Below are positions 31,162-41,780 of a DNA stretch of 64,000 nt, piece after piece (within the stretch, counting starts at the first letter, position 1; the number at the start of each line of letters is the position of its first letter). The stretch lies in the NCBI GenBank assembly GCA_965197425.1, contig CBDANC010000012.1, forward strand, positions 153,077-217,076. Reading direction: 5' to 3'. The position numbers and the translations under genes were made by a program. Below the pieces are notes generated by a model. The model did not search any database, was not told the DNA's origin, and saw nothing but the letters and a program-made list of their open reading frames with translations. Origin of the DNA: Bdellovibrionales bacterium. Its GTDB lineage: Bacteria > Bdellovibrionota > Bdellovibrionia > Bdellovibrionales > JAUICD01.

Positions 31162-31190
31162 GATTAATCAGGCAATGATCTGCTTTTTTC

Positions 31191-31270
31191 AAGGTCTTCC
31201 GAACGAAGTCAAACAAATGGACTGGTATAACGAGTGTACGAAGTCCAAGTGAACCCAAGCTCACCTTTAG
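31191..31270 (+). repeat. Truncated family B element
   Basis: AAGGTCTTCCGAA...ATGGACTG...GTACGAAGTCCAAGTGAA; lacks the 3' end motif. Confidence 0.8.
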
Positions 31271-31478
31271 TGGAAATTTTAGAATTAAGTTTTTGTTATT
31301 ATCTATCCAAGCTTTACAACATAATGTCCCGTATCTATTATCTTAACCACCTATAGGCTTCAGCTTCTGATGTGTCACGGCTTACGTAGGAGAAATTATG
31401 TAAAGGTTGACTTGTCCCATTGTTTTAAATAGAAATCTTGGATTGTTATGTTTTGTGTGTTGAGATCCTGGGAGTTTT

Positions 31479-32216
31479 ATGGGTAGGAGCAAAAGGAAAG
31501 CAAAAAAGTCAATATTTTCTGGTTTTAGCTCAATAGCCTTGGCCGTCCTGGCAGCACTGTCTGTGAGATGGCTTTTGATAGAAGCGTATGTAATTCCCTC
31601 TGGTAGTATGTTACCTACCCTGCTAATACATGACCATATTTTTGTAAACAAAATTAAATACGGCATTAGAGCCCCTTTTGGCAAAACCTGGATTTTAGAT
31701 TTTGAAAAACCCAAAAAAAATGATGTTGTAGTATTCAGATACCCCAAGGATGAAAAAATATTTTTTATAAAAAGAGTAATAGGCACGCCGGGGGATGAAA
31801 TTCACTATGATGATGGAATTTTATACATTAATCAGGTAGAGGTAGAAAGAATACAGCCTCCAACTGGGAAAGACGGGTACAAATGGATGACAGATAGTGA
31901 TGTTCCAGGCGGAAAACAAGACTATGATTATTTTTACGAGCTTATGGACCAGGAAAGTCACCCCACTTTGCTCAGAAGAAGTGAATACCACATGAGCTGG
32001 GGTCCTGAACAAATACCTAATGGCTATATATTTGTCATGGGCGATAATAGAGACAACTCAAATGATAGTAGACACTGGGGTTTTGTACCTATGGAAAATA
32101 TTCTAGGTAAGGCCATGTTTGTATGGTTAAGTTGCAATGACACTCTACCAATTGTAAGTTTTCTATGTAACCCAATAAAACTTAGATGGGGCAGGTTCTT
32201 TGACTGGATAAGGTAA
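31479..32216 (+). CDS. lepB: Signal peptidase I
   Basis: IPSGSM.PTL, IKRVIG.PGD, MGDNRDNSNDSR. Confidence 0.97.
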   Translation: MGRSKRKAKKSIFSGFSSIALAVLAALSVRWLLIEAYVIPSGSMLPTLLIHDHIFVNKIKYGIRAPFGKTWILDFEKPKKNDVVVFRYPKDEKIFFIKRVIGTPGDEIHYDDGILYINQVEVERIQPPTGKDGYKWMTDSDVPGGKQDYDYFYELMDQESHPTLLRRSEYHMSWGPEQIPNGYIFVMGDNRDNSNDSRHWGFVPMENILGKAMFVWLSCNDTLPIVSFLCNPIKLRWGRFFDWIR

Positions 32217-32289
32217 TCAAAAAGATACAAAAATTGCACAAAATGTTGTATTATTGAGCAACTAGCTCTTCCTTTTTTTGGAGGTTATT

Positions 32290-32880
32290 ATGAGATGGTT
32301 ATTATTATTATTATTTTTGCCTATTAATGCTGAGGCTATGACTTCTTTGTTTGAATCTGGAAGCGTGGTTAATAGAGGTGAGTATAAGACCACATTGTCT
32401 ACTCAGTTTTTAAATGGCAACGATACTTCTTCTATACAGTTAGTTGGCCAGGTAGAAACTGGTGTATCTGAAAGCGAGTCCTTTAAACTATCCTTAGGGG
32501 CAGGCGGATCTTCTTATGCACAATTTGGCGGCAGTTATAAGTGGATCCCATATCCTGACATAGCAGGCCAACCTGCACTAGGTGGTGTTGCAGCTGTGAG
32601 ATATTCTGCTAATAGATCCACTGACAACGATTTTGTCATACAAGTAGGGCCTATTGTTTCTAAGTACATACAATTTGCTACAGGTGCATTTGATGTCTAC
32701 TCCTCTATGCTATTTGGAACCAAAGTATCTAGTGAATGGGAATTACCTATTAACTTTAACCTCGGTGCTGAAATTGAGACCATTAGAATACCAGACCTTA
32801 AGCTATACGCTGAATTGGCAATTGCACTAAACAGTGCATCTAGCCATATTTTTGGTATTGGAATTTCTAGACTTTTTTAA
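32290..32880 (+). CDS. Putative outer-membrane beta-barrel protein
   Basis: Signal peptide, alternating strands, terminal Phe; paralog of the next gene. Confidence 0.6.
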   Translation: MRWLLLLLFLPINAEAMTSLFESGSVVNRGEYKTTLSTQFLNGNDTSSIQLVGQVETGVSESESFKLSLGAGGSSYAQFGGSYKWIPYPDIAGQPALGGVAAVRYSANRSTDNDFVIQVGPIVSKYIQFATGAFDVYSSMLFGTKVSSEWELPINFNLGAEIETIRIPDLKLYAELAIALNSASSHIFGIGISRLF

Positions 32881-32945
32881 AACCCTAAATTTTCTTGCAT
32901 AAGCACTGTACACTACATATCAATTAGGGTTTTGGTGGACATACT

Positions 32946-33650
32946 TTGAAATTAAAAATATTTTTTGTATTGTTACTTATGCCTATTGTTTTCAAAGGAA
33001 CAGAGGCTTTATCTCAAACTCCCTTTCAAACAACCCCAGCTTATGGCTCTCTACCTCCAAACCCGGTACTTCAAGACAATTTGATTCAAACACCTCTTCT
33101 CCAAACAGGAAAAGTAGTTGAAAAGAGAACTTATAAGGTAGGTGCATTTATTCCTTTTATCAAGACCAATACCAAGGCTAATATTACACTTCAAGCAGAA
33201 ACAGGCATAACAGATAGTACCTCCGCTAATGCTATTATAAGTTTAGGCGCTTTTACTTCTATAACTGGTGGATATAAGTGGATCCCGTACCCCGATATAG
33301 AAAGTCAACCTGCAATTGGTGCTATTTTCTACATAAACTATTATCCTGGCGACTTTACTATGGCCAATGTTCTAAGGCTACTTGCAGGACCAATTATATC
33401 TAAAGAAATAGATTTTTCTTCTATGGCACTTAATTTGTACTCATCAGTTTTGGTCATCCTACAAAATGCCGAAACAAAACATAGGCTTAGTGTTCATTTA
33501 GGAGCTGAGACTACCTTTGAGAGTTTAGAAAATTTTAGCTTTCTTTTAGAGTGGGGTTTTGGTTTTGGTAATTTGCAAAATGGGCTTCCGAGGTTTAATA
33601 CAGTTGGTACTTCTAATACTGTAATACTAGGGGCATCTATGGTTTTTTAA
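32946..33650 (+). CDS. Putative outer-membrane beta-barrel protein (paralog)
   Basis: Shares YKWIPYPDI..QPA.G with the upstream gene; terminal Phe. Confidence 0.6.
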   Translation: MKLKIFFVLLLMPIVFKGTEALSQTPFQTTPAYGSLPPNPVLQDNLIQTPLLQTGKVVEKRTYKVGAFIPFIKTNTKANITLQAETGITDSTSANAIISLGAFTSITGGYKWIPYPDIESQPAIGAIFYINYYPGDFTMANVLRLLAGPIISKEIDFSSMALNLYSSVLVILQNAETKHRLSVHLGAETTFESLENFSFLLEWGFGFGNLQNGLPRFNTVGTSNTVILGASMVF

Positions 33651-34218
33651 GCTTTGCTATACTAAATGTATAGTTTGGCTTGTCCTTTACCACTCCCACT
33701 CCTGTGATCTGTGTATTTAAAACAGATATAAATTTATAAGTTAAAAACTTATTGGCTTTGTCAAAAAAGTCTTTTTCTATACGAATGTTTGATATTAAAG
33801 AATCTTTGTTAAAGTGGTTTGAAATGGCTTTAAAAGATGCCTCCTTAGCTGACCAATATAGGTGGTTCATTTTATTTTCTATAAAAAATCTGGAATCATC
33901 CAAAACATCCAATCGGTTACAAACTTTATCTGTTATCTTTTTATTTTCTAAGTCAAATCCATAACTTCCTTCAAAGGATATTAGATATCCTCCTATATTT
34001 TTAGAATGGCTTATACTAATGCAGCATGATTTTACCCTGGGTTTTTGTGATAGATCTAGCAATGATGATTTGTTAAATGGAATTTCCGATTTTTCTAAAA
34101 ACTGAAAAATACTGTTTCTAATTTTAAGTCTATTGTTTGCTTCATTAGAACCCCATTTGCTATAAGCTTCTATATGAACATTGAAACATGTTGGTAGTGT
34201 GTGCTCTGTAACCAGCAT
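33637..34218 (-). CDS. 4'-phosphopantetheinyl transferase (Sfp/EntD type)
   Basis: SISHS, G.DLE, WSAKEASFKA. Confidence 0.8.
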   Translation of the reverse strand: MLVTEHTLPTCFNVHIEAYSKWGSNEANNRLKIRNSIFQFLEKSEIPFNKSSLLDLSQKPRVKSCCISISHSKNIGGYLISFEGSYGFDLENKKITDKVCNRLDVLDDSRFFIENKMNHLYWSAKEASFKAISNHFNKDSLISNIRIEKDFFDKANKFLTYKFISVLNTQITGVGVVKDKPNYTFSIAKLKKP

Positions 34219-34310
34219 TTTTTTAAAGTATCAGTTGTAGTTTAATTGTCAAATGCAAATACAAATTCTAATGTTTGACGATTTTTAAAACTACGATTAA
34301 AAGAACTTAA

Positions 34311-35717
34311 ATGGAACTAAGAAGCTTACTGAAAAAATGCGGTTTAAGGAGTTTGGATATTTCTAATATCGAAGGCATAACTGTTAATTCCAAGGATACT
34401 AAAAACAAGTTATTTGTTGCAATTAAGGGATTAAATCAAGATGGCCATGATTACATAGAAGAAGCTTTGCAAAATGGTGCATTGGCAGTTGTAGCTCAAA
34501 AAACAAATTTTAAGCACTCAAAAATAATTTTGGTCAAAGATACTCCCACTATGTTAAGTAAGCTTTCTAGTATCTATTATCAATATGATCCTACTAAAAT
34601 GATATGTGTTGGAATAACCGGCACAAACGGAAAGACAACTTTGTCCTATATGCTAGAAAATATTTTAACCTATCTTGGTGTTAAAGTAGGAGTCATTGGA
34701 ACAATAGACTCACACTATAAAAATCATAAGTTAGAAAGCACATTGACTACTCCAGACGCTATTACCCTTCACAAAATTTTAAACGCAATCCAAAAACTAG
34801 GTGGCAATACCTGCGTTATGGAAGTTTCAAGCCATGCAATTATACAGTCTAGAGTGAGTAGCATTATTTTTAATTGCGCCTTATTTACCAATCTTACAGC
34901 CGATCACTTAGATTACCACAAAGATATGGATGATTACTTTAGAGTTAAAAAGAAGCTCTTTTCTTCCAATAGTCTATCGATTATAAACACAGACTGTCAG
35001 TGGGGAAGTAAATTATCTAACACACTTAGTAACAAAGTTACATATGGCACCAAAGATCAAGATGTGGTAGTTACTAATATTAAGTCTCACATAACTTATG
35101 TTCAGTTCGACATTTTATATAAAACCACTACCTATAAGAAAAAAATAAATATGACAGGCAAGCATAATGCAATCAATTTTGCTGGAAGTTTTGCAACTTG
35201 TGTTGGTCTGGGATATAAACCAGAAGAAATATTGAAAGCAAAGATAAATCCAGTACCTGGTCGTATGGAGCTTGTAACCAAAAATGAAGTTTATTGTTTT
35301 GTTGATTATTCTCACACTGAAGATGCACTTTTATCTGCGCTTAAGTCATTAAATGAGATCAAACCAGTGAATTCTAAAATCATAACGGTGTTTGGATGCG
35401 GAGGCGGTAGAGACAGAGATAAAAGACCAAAGATGGCAAAAGTGTCGGAATCTTTTAGTGATTATGTTATTGTGACTTCAGATAACCCTAGGTTTGAGCA
35501 AATGGAAGACATAATTTTAGAGATCAAATCTGGTTTTAAAAATTTAGAAAAGAAAGAATTTATAAAGGATAGAGCCAAGGCTATAGGCAGAGCTTTAGAA
35601 ATTGCCAAACCAAAAGATATAATTTTAGTTGCAGGGAAAGGGCATGAGAAATATCAAATAATAAAAAACAAAAAAATTAAATTTTGTGATAAGACTACAA
35701 TTTTAAATGCAAAATAA
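34311..35717 (+). CDS. murE: UDP-MurNAc-tripeptide synthetase
   Basis: GITGTNGKTT, TTPD, MEVSSH, FGCGG.RD, DNPR, AGKGHE. Confidence 0.96.
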   Translation: MELRSLLKKCGLRSLDISNIEGITVNSKDTKNKLFVAIKGLNQDGHDYIEEALQNGALAVVAQKTNFKHSKIILVKDTPTMLSKLSSIYYQYDPTKMICVGITGTNGKTTLSYMLENILTYLGVKVGVIGTIDSHYKNHKLESTLTTPDAITLHKILNAIQKLGGNTCVMEVSSHAIIQSRVSSIIFNCALFTNLTADHLDYHKDMDDYFRVKKKLFSSNSLSIINTDCQWGSKLSNTLSNKVTYGTKDQDVVVTNIKSHITYVQFDILYKTTTYKKKINMTGKHNAINFAGSFATCVGLGYKPEEILKAKINPVPGRMELVTKNEVYCFVDYSHTEDALLSALKSLNEIKPVNSKIITVFGCGGGRDRDKRPKMAKVSESFSDYVIVTSDNPRFEQMEDIILEIKSGFKNLEKKEFIKDRAKAIGRALEIAKPKDIILVAGKGHEKYQIIKNKKIKFCDKTTILNAK

Positions 35718-37110
35718 TGATATGTTAAACTACGACCAAATATACAAAGCCTTAGATGCTGATAAAGCTCTAAAAACCCATATTGTTAGACCTACTCTAA
35801 GACCTATAGAAGGTGCTTCCATTGACACAAGAGAAAATTTAAAAAATAAAATTTTTTTTCCTATAAAAGGTGATGTTTTTGATGGAAGTAATTTTTTACT
35901 AGATGCAATTAAAGCCGATGCTTCCGTTGTAATATGTCAGAAAGATAGAATACCGAACACAACAGATGATGTAGGCATTATTGTTGTAGAAGACCCTTTA
36001 AAGGCCTACCAAACATTAGCAAGTTATGTAGTCAAGCTATATGGTCCTAAGACAGTTGGTATTACTGGCTCTAATGGTAAATCAACTTCAAAAGTAATGT
36101 TATACGCTGTAGTTAAAAATTTTTATAACTGCATAGTATCTGAAAAAAGTTTTAATAATCATATTGGGGTTCCCCATACCTTACTAAAAACAAAAAAAGA
36201 CACAGAGGTGGTGATAGTGGAGCTGGGCTCTAACATGAAAGGAGATATTGAGAATCTTACTAGAATCATAAACCCTGATATTGCCGTAGTAACGAATGTT
36301 TCAAGTTCACATTTAGAGGGATTAGGTAATTTAAGTGGTGTAGCATATGAAAAGGAACACATATATAAAAAGGCAAAAGTTGGAATATTCAATCTGGACA
36401 ATGAGTGGACAAAAAAAATGTATGATTCATTTATAGGTGATAAAATTACTTTTTCTAGTACAAAAAGTGCAGATGTTTTCTTGAAAGTTTCAGATATGAA
36501 TATGCAGTCTTTGGCTATATCTGGAACTATTGGCGGCGTAGATGGAAAAATTAGCTTAGGTATTTTTGGCAAGCACAATGTATACAATGTTATGGCTGCT
36601 GCGGGGTTAGCCTTGGCCTTGGGCATTAAACCTATTGATATCTGGAATACTTTATCTGACTGCAGGGGGATTTGGGGCAGAAATCAAAGAGTACTACTTT
36701 CAAATAAGGCTACGGTGGTATTTGATGGTTACAACGCAAATCCATCTAGTGTCATCGCTATGCTAGAGAATGCCAAAGTACTCTCTTCTGAAAACAGAAT
36801 ATTTTTATGTTTAGCAGACATGCTTGAGTTAGGAGATAAAAGCGACAAACTACATGAAGAGTGTGGGTCTATTGCAGGCAAACTTCCATTTGAAGCTATG
36901 TTTTTTGTAGGACAAAATGCCAAGGCCTTTAAACGTGGAGTAGCAAAATCAGGATTTAAAAAAAGTTTAGTTATTTTTGATAGTTACAAACAAGACCTTG
37001 CATTTAGATTAGAAAATATGCTAAAGGAAGGGGATATTTTGTTTGTGAAAGGGTCTAGAGGTCTGAAGTTAGAAAACTTGATTTTTGATCTTAAGCCTAT
37101 GGATTTTTAA
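35707..37110 (+). CDS. murF: UDP-MurNAc-pentapeptide synthetase
   Basis: GITGSNGK, NNHIGVP, D.YNANP, MLELG, KGSRG. Confidence 0.95.
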   Translation: MQNNDMLNYDQIYKALDADKALKTHIVRPTLRPIEGASIDTRENLKNKIFFPIKGDVFDGSNFLLDAIKADASVVICQKDRIPNTTDDVGIIVVEDPLKAYQTLASYVVKLYGPKTVGITGSNGKSTSKVMLYAVVKNFYNCIVSEKSFNNHIGVPHTLLKTKKDTEVVIVELGSNMKGDIENLTRIINPDIAVVTNVSSSHLEGLGNLSGVAYEKEHIYKKAKVGIFNLDNEWTKKMYDSFIGDKITFSSTKSADVFLKVSDMNMQSLAISGTIGGVDGKISLGIFGKHNVYNVMAAAGLALALGIKPIDIWNTLSDCRGIWGRNQRVLLSNKATVVFDGYNANPSSVIAMLENAKVLSSENRIFLCLADMLELGDKSDKLHEECGSIAGKLPFEAMFFVGQNAKAFKRGVAKSGFKKSLVIFDSYKQDLAFRLENMLKEGDILFVKGSRGLKLENLIFDLKPMDF

Positions 37111-37125
37111 CCTTAGGTTCTAGCT

Positions 37126-38202
37126 ATGTTTTTTAAATTTCTATATGGATTATCTGAAGATATATCTGGCTTCAATGTCTTTAGGTATATAACATTTAGA
37201 ACTTTCTTATCATTTATAACTTCATTTATTGTTTGTTACCTTGGGTATCCCTATTTCATAAAGCATCTTGCAAGTAAAAATGCATCCCAAGTTATAAGAA
37301 ATGATGGTCCTAAGAGTCACTTCAAAAAGCGAGGCACTCCCACTATGGGAGGTGTACTAGTTTTGTTTAGTTTATTGATAACAAGTATTCTGTGGGCTGA
37401 TTTACAAAATCCCCTGGTAATTTCTCTACTAACTATAACCTTTGGTTTTGGAGTTATTGGTTGTTTAGATGATTATTCTAAAATCTCCAACAATAGTTCT
37501 AAGGGAATTTCTGGAAAGTTGAGACTTATATTAGAATTTTGTCTATCGATTCTTGTGGTTTTTTTATTGGTAAAATTTGATAAGTTGTCCACTACTGTTT
37601 CAATTCCATTTTTAAAAAATGTAGAGTTACAATTAGGTTGGTTTTATTTAATATTTGCAAGTCTGGTTATTGTAGGTTGTGCAAATGCTGTTAACCTAAC
37701 AGATGGTTTGGATGGATTAGCAACTCTGCCTTTAATAATTGCTATTGGAACATATGCAATTTTAACTTATATAGCAGGTCACTTTGAGATTTCAAATTAT
37801 TTGCAAATACCATTTATAAATGGTGCCAGTGAGCTATCGGTGGTAGCGTCTATGACCATGGCTGCTGGGTTGGGATTTTTATGGTACAACACTTACCCCG
37901 CTCAAATTACTATGGGCGACATAGGTTCTCTTAGTATGGGTGGGCTTTTAGGCATGATGGCTGTACTTACTAAAAACGAGCTATTGCTTATATTGATAGG
38001 TGGCATATTTGTGGTTGAAGCTTTAAGTGTAATTACTCAAGTTGTGTCGTTTAAGTTAACAGGAAAAAGAATTTTTAAAATGGCTCCAATACATCATCAC
38101 TATGAGTTGAAAGGCATGGATGAGAGTAAAATAATAGTAAGGTTTTGGATAGTTTCTATTTTATTGGCAGTACTAAGTCTAAGTACATTAAAGATGAGGT
38201 GA
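37126..38202 (+). CDS. mraY: Phospho-MurNAc-pentapeptide transferase
   Basis: [30 protein letters not shown]. Confidence 0.97.
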   Translation: MFFKFLYGLSEDISGFNVFRYITFRTFLSFITSFIVCYLGYPYFIKHLASKNASQVIRNDGPKSHFKKRGTPTMGGVLVLFSLLITSILWADLQNPLVISLLTITFGFGVIGCLDDYSKISNNSSKGISGKLRLILEFCLSILVVFLLVKFDKLSTTVSIPFLKNVELQLGWFYLIFASLVIVGCANAVNLTDGLDGLATLPLIIAIGTYAILTYIAGHFEISNYLQIPFINGASELSVVASMTMAAGLGFLWYNTYPAQITMGDIGSLSMGGLLGMMAVLTKNELLLILIGGIFVVEALSVITQVVSFKLTGKRIFKMAPIHHHYELKGMDESKIIVRFWIVSILLAVLSLSTLKMR

Positions 38203-38206
38203 TTTG

Positions 38207-39634
38207 ATGTCCCAGGAAAATAATCAAGTAAATCAAATTTCAAAGGATCTTGCTGGCAAGAAGGTAATGGTAGTAGGTCTATCTACTACAGGAATTTCTT
38301 TAATCAAGTTTTTGGTTTCTAAAAAGGCAGAAATAACTGTGAGTGATCACAAGTCGGCAGCAGAGCTAGCAGACAACCTAGAGCAAGTGGAACATTTGGA
38401 TATACATTATGATCTGGGAGGTCACACTCCTAAGGCAATGTTGAATCAAGAGTTAATTATACTAAGTCCTGGAGTTTCTATTGATCTTAAAATATTTGAG
38501 TATGTAAAACAAAATGGCATTGCTATTACTGGTGATATTGAATTTGCTTCACAGTTTATAGAAGAGCCAATAATAGCAATAACAGGTACCAACGGAAAAA
38601 CCACTACTGCCAATATTGCCTATAAATTTTTGAAAAGATCCGGTGTAGATGTTTGGATAGGAGGTAATTTTGGCAGACCTTTGGTAGAATATCTGTTAGA
38701 AGACAAAAAGTATTCTGTAATAATCTGTGAAGTATCTAGTTTTCAACTCGAACATGCAAAAACTTTCTCACCTAAAGTTATTGTGTTCACAAACATTTCA
38801 GAAAATCATTTGGATAGACATAAAAGCTTTGATGCTTACTCTAATGCAAAAAGGCGCATATTTTTAAATACCAATAAAGCTATGACAAGCATTCTTAATG
38901 CTGATGACAACGGAATAGTTAGCATGGCAAGAGATCCTATTGTACAGAGAGGTAGAATTTTTTATTTTTCAAAGCGAAAAGGATTAGAACCTCAGATAAT
39001 GAACATAGGTGGAACAGTGTGCAGCGATGATGAGATAAGTCTTAGAGTTGGCCCTGAAATAGAAAAATACTCAGTTAAGAATACAAAATTTAAAGGCTCT
39101 CACCTAGTAGAAAATATAATGGCAGCTATGTGTGCAACCCGAGACTTTGGTTCAGATCCAAAAGTAATTCAACAAGTTATAAATTCGTATGTAGGTCTCC
39201 CACATAGAATAGAGTATGTTGGAAAAGCTCACGGTGTTGATTTTTATAATGACTCAAAAGCCACTAACATTCATGCTGTTCATAGAGCATTGAGTTCTTT
39301 TGACGGCAATGTAATTTTGCTAGCAGGTGGAAAAGATGCTAACATTAATTTTGCAGGGCTTTCTGATATTATCCGTCAAAAAGTTAAAATGTTGATTTTG
39401 TTTGGGGAAGCAAAAGAAAAAATCAATAGAGCTATTGGCAATCATACTGAAACATTTTTGATGGGAACATTTGAAGAGGCGGTATATCAGGCCTATCAAA
39501 GATCAAGTATGGGTGATGTGGTGTTATTGTCACCGGGTTGTCCTAGTTTTGATTTGTTTGACAGTTATATTGAGCGTGGCAACTATTTTAAAAAACTTAT
39601 TAAAAACTATCAAAGAGAAACCCTTAATAGATAA
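38207..39634 (+). CDS. murD: UDP-MurNAc-L-Ala-D-Glu ligase
   Basis: TGTNGKTT, EVSSFQL, NDSKATN, LSPGC.SFD. Confidence 0.96.
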   Translation: MSQENNQVNQISKDLAGKKVMVVGLSTTGISLIKFLVSKKAEITVSDHKSAAELADNLEQVEHLDIHYDLGGHTPKAMLNQELIILSPGVSIDLKIFEYVKQNGIAITGDIEFASQFIEEPIIAITGTNGKTTTANIAYKFLKRSGVDVWIGGNFGRPLVEYLLEDKKYSVIICEVSSFQLEHAKTFSPKVIVFTNISENHLDRHKSFDAYSNAKRRIFLNTNKAMTSILNADDNGIVSMARDPIVQRGRIFYFSKRKGLEPQIMNIGGTVCSDDEISLRVGPEIEKYSVKNTKFKGSHLVENIMAAMCATRDFGSDPKVIQQVINSYVGLPHRIEYVGKAHGVDFYNDSKATNIHAVHRALSSFDGNVILLAGGKDANINFAGLSDIIRQKVKMLILFGEAKEKINRAIGNHTETFLMGTFEEAVYQAYQRSSMGDVVLLSPGCPSFDLFDSYIERGNYFKKLIKNYQRETLNR

Positions 39635-40715
39635 TAAAGGGATTTTATTACTAACATCCATTTTTTTTCTAATGGGCGTTGGATTGGTTCAGATTTACAG
39701 TTCAAGTTTTATCTATGCAACTGACATGTATGGTGATGGATTGTTTTTTTTCAAAAAGCAATTATTATTTGTATTTGCTGGTGTCATAGCTCTTTTTGTT
39801 GTATCTAAAGTCCCTTACAAATATTTGTTTAATTTTGGTCTTATTTTATTTGTCTTATCTATTATTCTTTTGATTCTGACCACTATTCCAGGTGTTGGAG
39901 TTAAAGCTGGTGGTGCTTCTAGGTGGCTTCCCCTTTTTTATGGATTTAGAATAGAACCAGCAGAATTTTTTAAAGTAACTTTCCCTTTTTGTGCGTCATT
40001 ATTCTTACATAAATTTTGGGGAAGACTAAAGATGAAAAACACTCTTTTTCTTTTGTTTCTCTTATTATTTCCTTCTTGGATTTTGCTTATGCAACCTGAT
40101 ATGGGAACTTTGGTAATTTATTTTTCAGTGTTCTTGTGCATGTTATTTATTAAAGGTTTAAAATGGCGGTATTTGTTTGTTAGTTTCTTACTACTAGTTG
40201 CTATGTTTTCCTTTTTTATTATGACTTCTAACTATAGAATGGAAAGAGTAAAGGCTTTCTTGGATCCTTGGGAATCCCAATCTGCTGGTGGACTTCAAAC
40301 AATTCAAAGCTTGCTAGGGCTGCATGCTGGAGGTTTAACTGGTATTGGATTAGGTGAAGGGCAATCTAAGTTGTATTTCCTACCTGAAGCGCACACTGAT
40401 TTTACTATTTCGGTCTTAGGTGAAGAGTTAGGTTTTATTGGAGTTTCTTGTATTTTAATAATATTTGGAATTATCATTTTTAGGATGTTTTATTTATCAA
40501 GTAGAATTATGGACGATAGGTTAAGGTTTGTATCTTTAGGTATGGCATTTACCTTTGGATTGCAAGTTTTTATAAACTTTGGTGTTTCGCTCGGCCTTTT
40601 ACCTGTTAAGGGACTTGCTTTACCTTTTTTAAGTTATGGTGGCTCCTCCCTTCTGTCTACTTGTATACTATTTGGTTTATTTTTTGCCATACAAAGTAGA
40701 AGATCACTGAGGTAG
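39576..40715 (+). CDS. ftsW: Cell division SEDS protein FtsW (start codon uncertain)
   Basis: GASRW, QPDMGT, LPEAHTDF, SYGGSS; lies between murD and murG. Confidence 0.93.
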   Translation: MATILKNLLKTIKEKPLIDNKGILLLTSIFFLMGVGLVQIYSSSFIYATDMYGDGLFFFKKQLLFVFAGVIALFVVSKVPYKYLFNFGLILFVLSIILLILTTIPGVGVKAGGASRWLPLFYGFRIEPAEFFKVTFPFCASLFLHKFWGRLKMKNTLFLLFLLLFPSWILLMQPDMGTLVIYFSVFLCMLFIKGLKWRYLFVSFLLLVAMFSFFIMTSNYRMERVKAFLDPWESQSAGGLQTIQSLLGLHAGGLTGIGLGEGQSKLYFLPEAHTDFTISVLGEELGFIGVSCILIIFGIIIFRMFYLSSRIMDDRLRFVSLGMAFTFGLQVFINFGVSLGLLPVKGLALPFLSYGGSSLLSTCILFGLFFAIQSRRSLR

Positions 40716-40719
40716 TTTC

Positions 40720-41769
40720 TTGAAAAAGCAAAACAAAATAGTATTTGCATGTGGTGGAACAGGTGGGCATATCTATCCTGCAATATCAATGGCCAATCTT
40801 TTAGGTGAAAAAAATGTAGATTCAATTTTTATAGGATCAAAAGGTGGATTAGAAGAAGACATTGTGCCTAAGCTTGGTTTTAAACTTCATCTTATCAGTG
40901 TAAAGGGTCTAAATAGAGTTTCAAGTGTACAAAGAATATTCTCACTTGCTTTACTTCCTATAGCAATTTTTAAAAGTTTTATTTTACTTTTAAAGGAAAG
41001 GCCTAATTATGTTATGGGAACAGGGGGGTATGTTTCAGGTCCTGTATTATTTGCTGCAAGTATTATGAGAATGAACACCGGTATTTGGGAGTTAAATTCC
41101 AAACCAGGACTAGCCAATAGAATTCTTTACCATTTTGTAAAGGACTGTTGGGTTGTATTTGAAAAAACTAAAGAGTTTTTTCCTAAATGTAAGTTATCAG
41201 GTTTTCCTGTAAGAAGCAGGATTATAAATATAAAAAACAGAGCAGGCAGAACTTATAAAAATATTTTTATATTTGGAGGTAGCCTTGGAGCAAGAGCTAT
41301 AAATGAAACTGTCCATGCTATGTTGAAACAAAGACCTGATTTGTTAGATGATGTAAAAATAAAGCTTCAGATAGGAAAAAAGAATGTTAATGAATTTAAA
41401 AAAATAGATTTTAAAAATTTGGAAGTGTTGCCTTATATTGATGATATTGCGCCTTATTATGAGTGGGCTGATATTGTAATTTGTAGAGCTGGAGCTAGTA
41501 CCATAGCAGAACTTTCAGCTGCTAAGAAGGCATCCATATTGATTCCACTACCTACAGCTGGAAATGATCATCAGATGACAAATGCAGAATCTATCAAAAA
41601 TGCAGTTATTATCATTGAACAAAAAGACCTAACTCCTGAACTCTTATTAGACAAGCTTACAACGCTTATAGGGAACAAAGAAAAAATAGAGCAATTAGAA
41701 AATTCTATTTCCTCTTTTCACGATAGCAAAGTTATAGACAAAACCATAGACACACTATGTTCTTCGTAA
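40720..41769 (+). CDS. murG: Undecaprenyl-PP-MurNAc-pentapeptide GlcNAc transferase
   Basis: GGTGGHIYP, GGYVS, GGSLGA, RAGASTIAE, HQ..NA. Confidence 0.96.
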   Translation: MKKQNKIVFACGGTGGHIYPAISMANLLGEKNVDSIFIGSKGGLEEDIVPKLGFKLHLISVKGLNRVSSVQRIFSLALLPIAIFKSFILLLKERPNYVMGTGGYVSGPVLFAASIMRMNTGIWELNSKPGLANRILYHFVKDCWVVFEKTKEFFPKCKLSGFPVRSRIINIKNRAGRTYKNIFIFGGSLGARAINETVHAMLKQRPDLLDDVKIKLQIGKKNVNEFKKIDFKNLEVLPYIDDIAPYYEWADIVICRAGASTIAELSAAKKASILIPLPTAGNDHQMTNAESIKNAVIIIEQKDLTPELLLDKLTTLIGNKEKIEQLENSISSFHDSKVIDKTIDTLCSS

Positions 41770-41780
41770 CAGTAATATCT

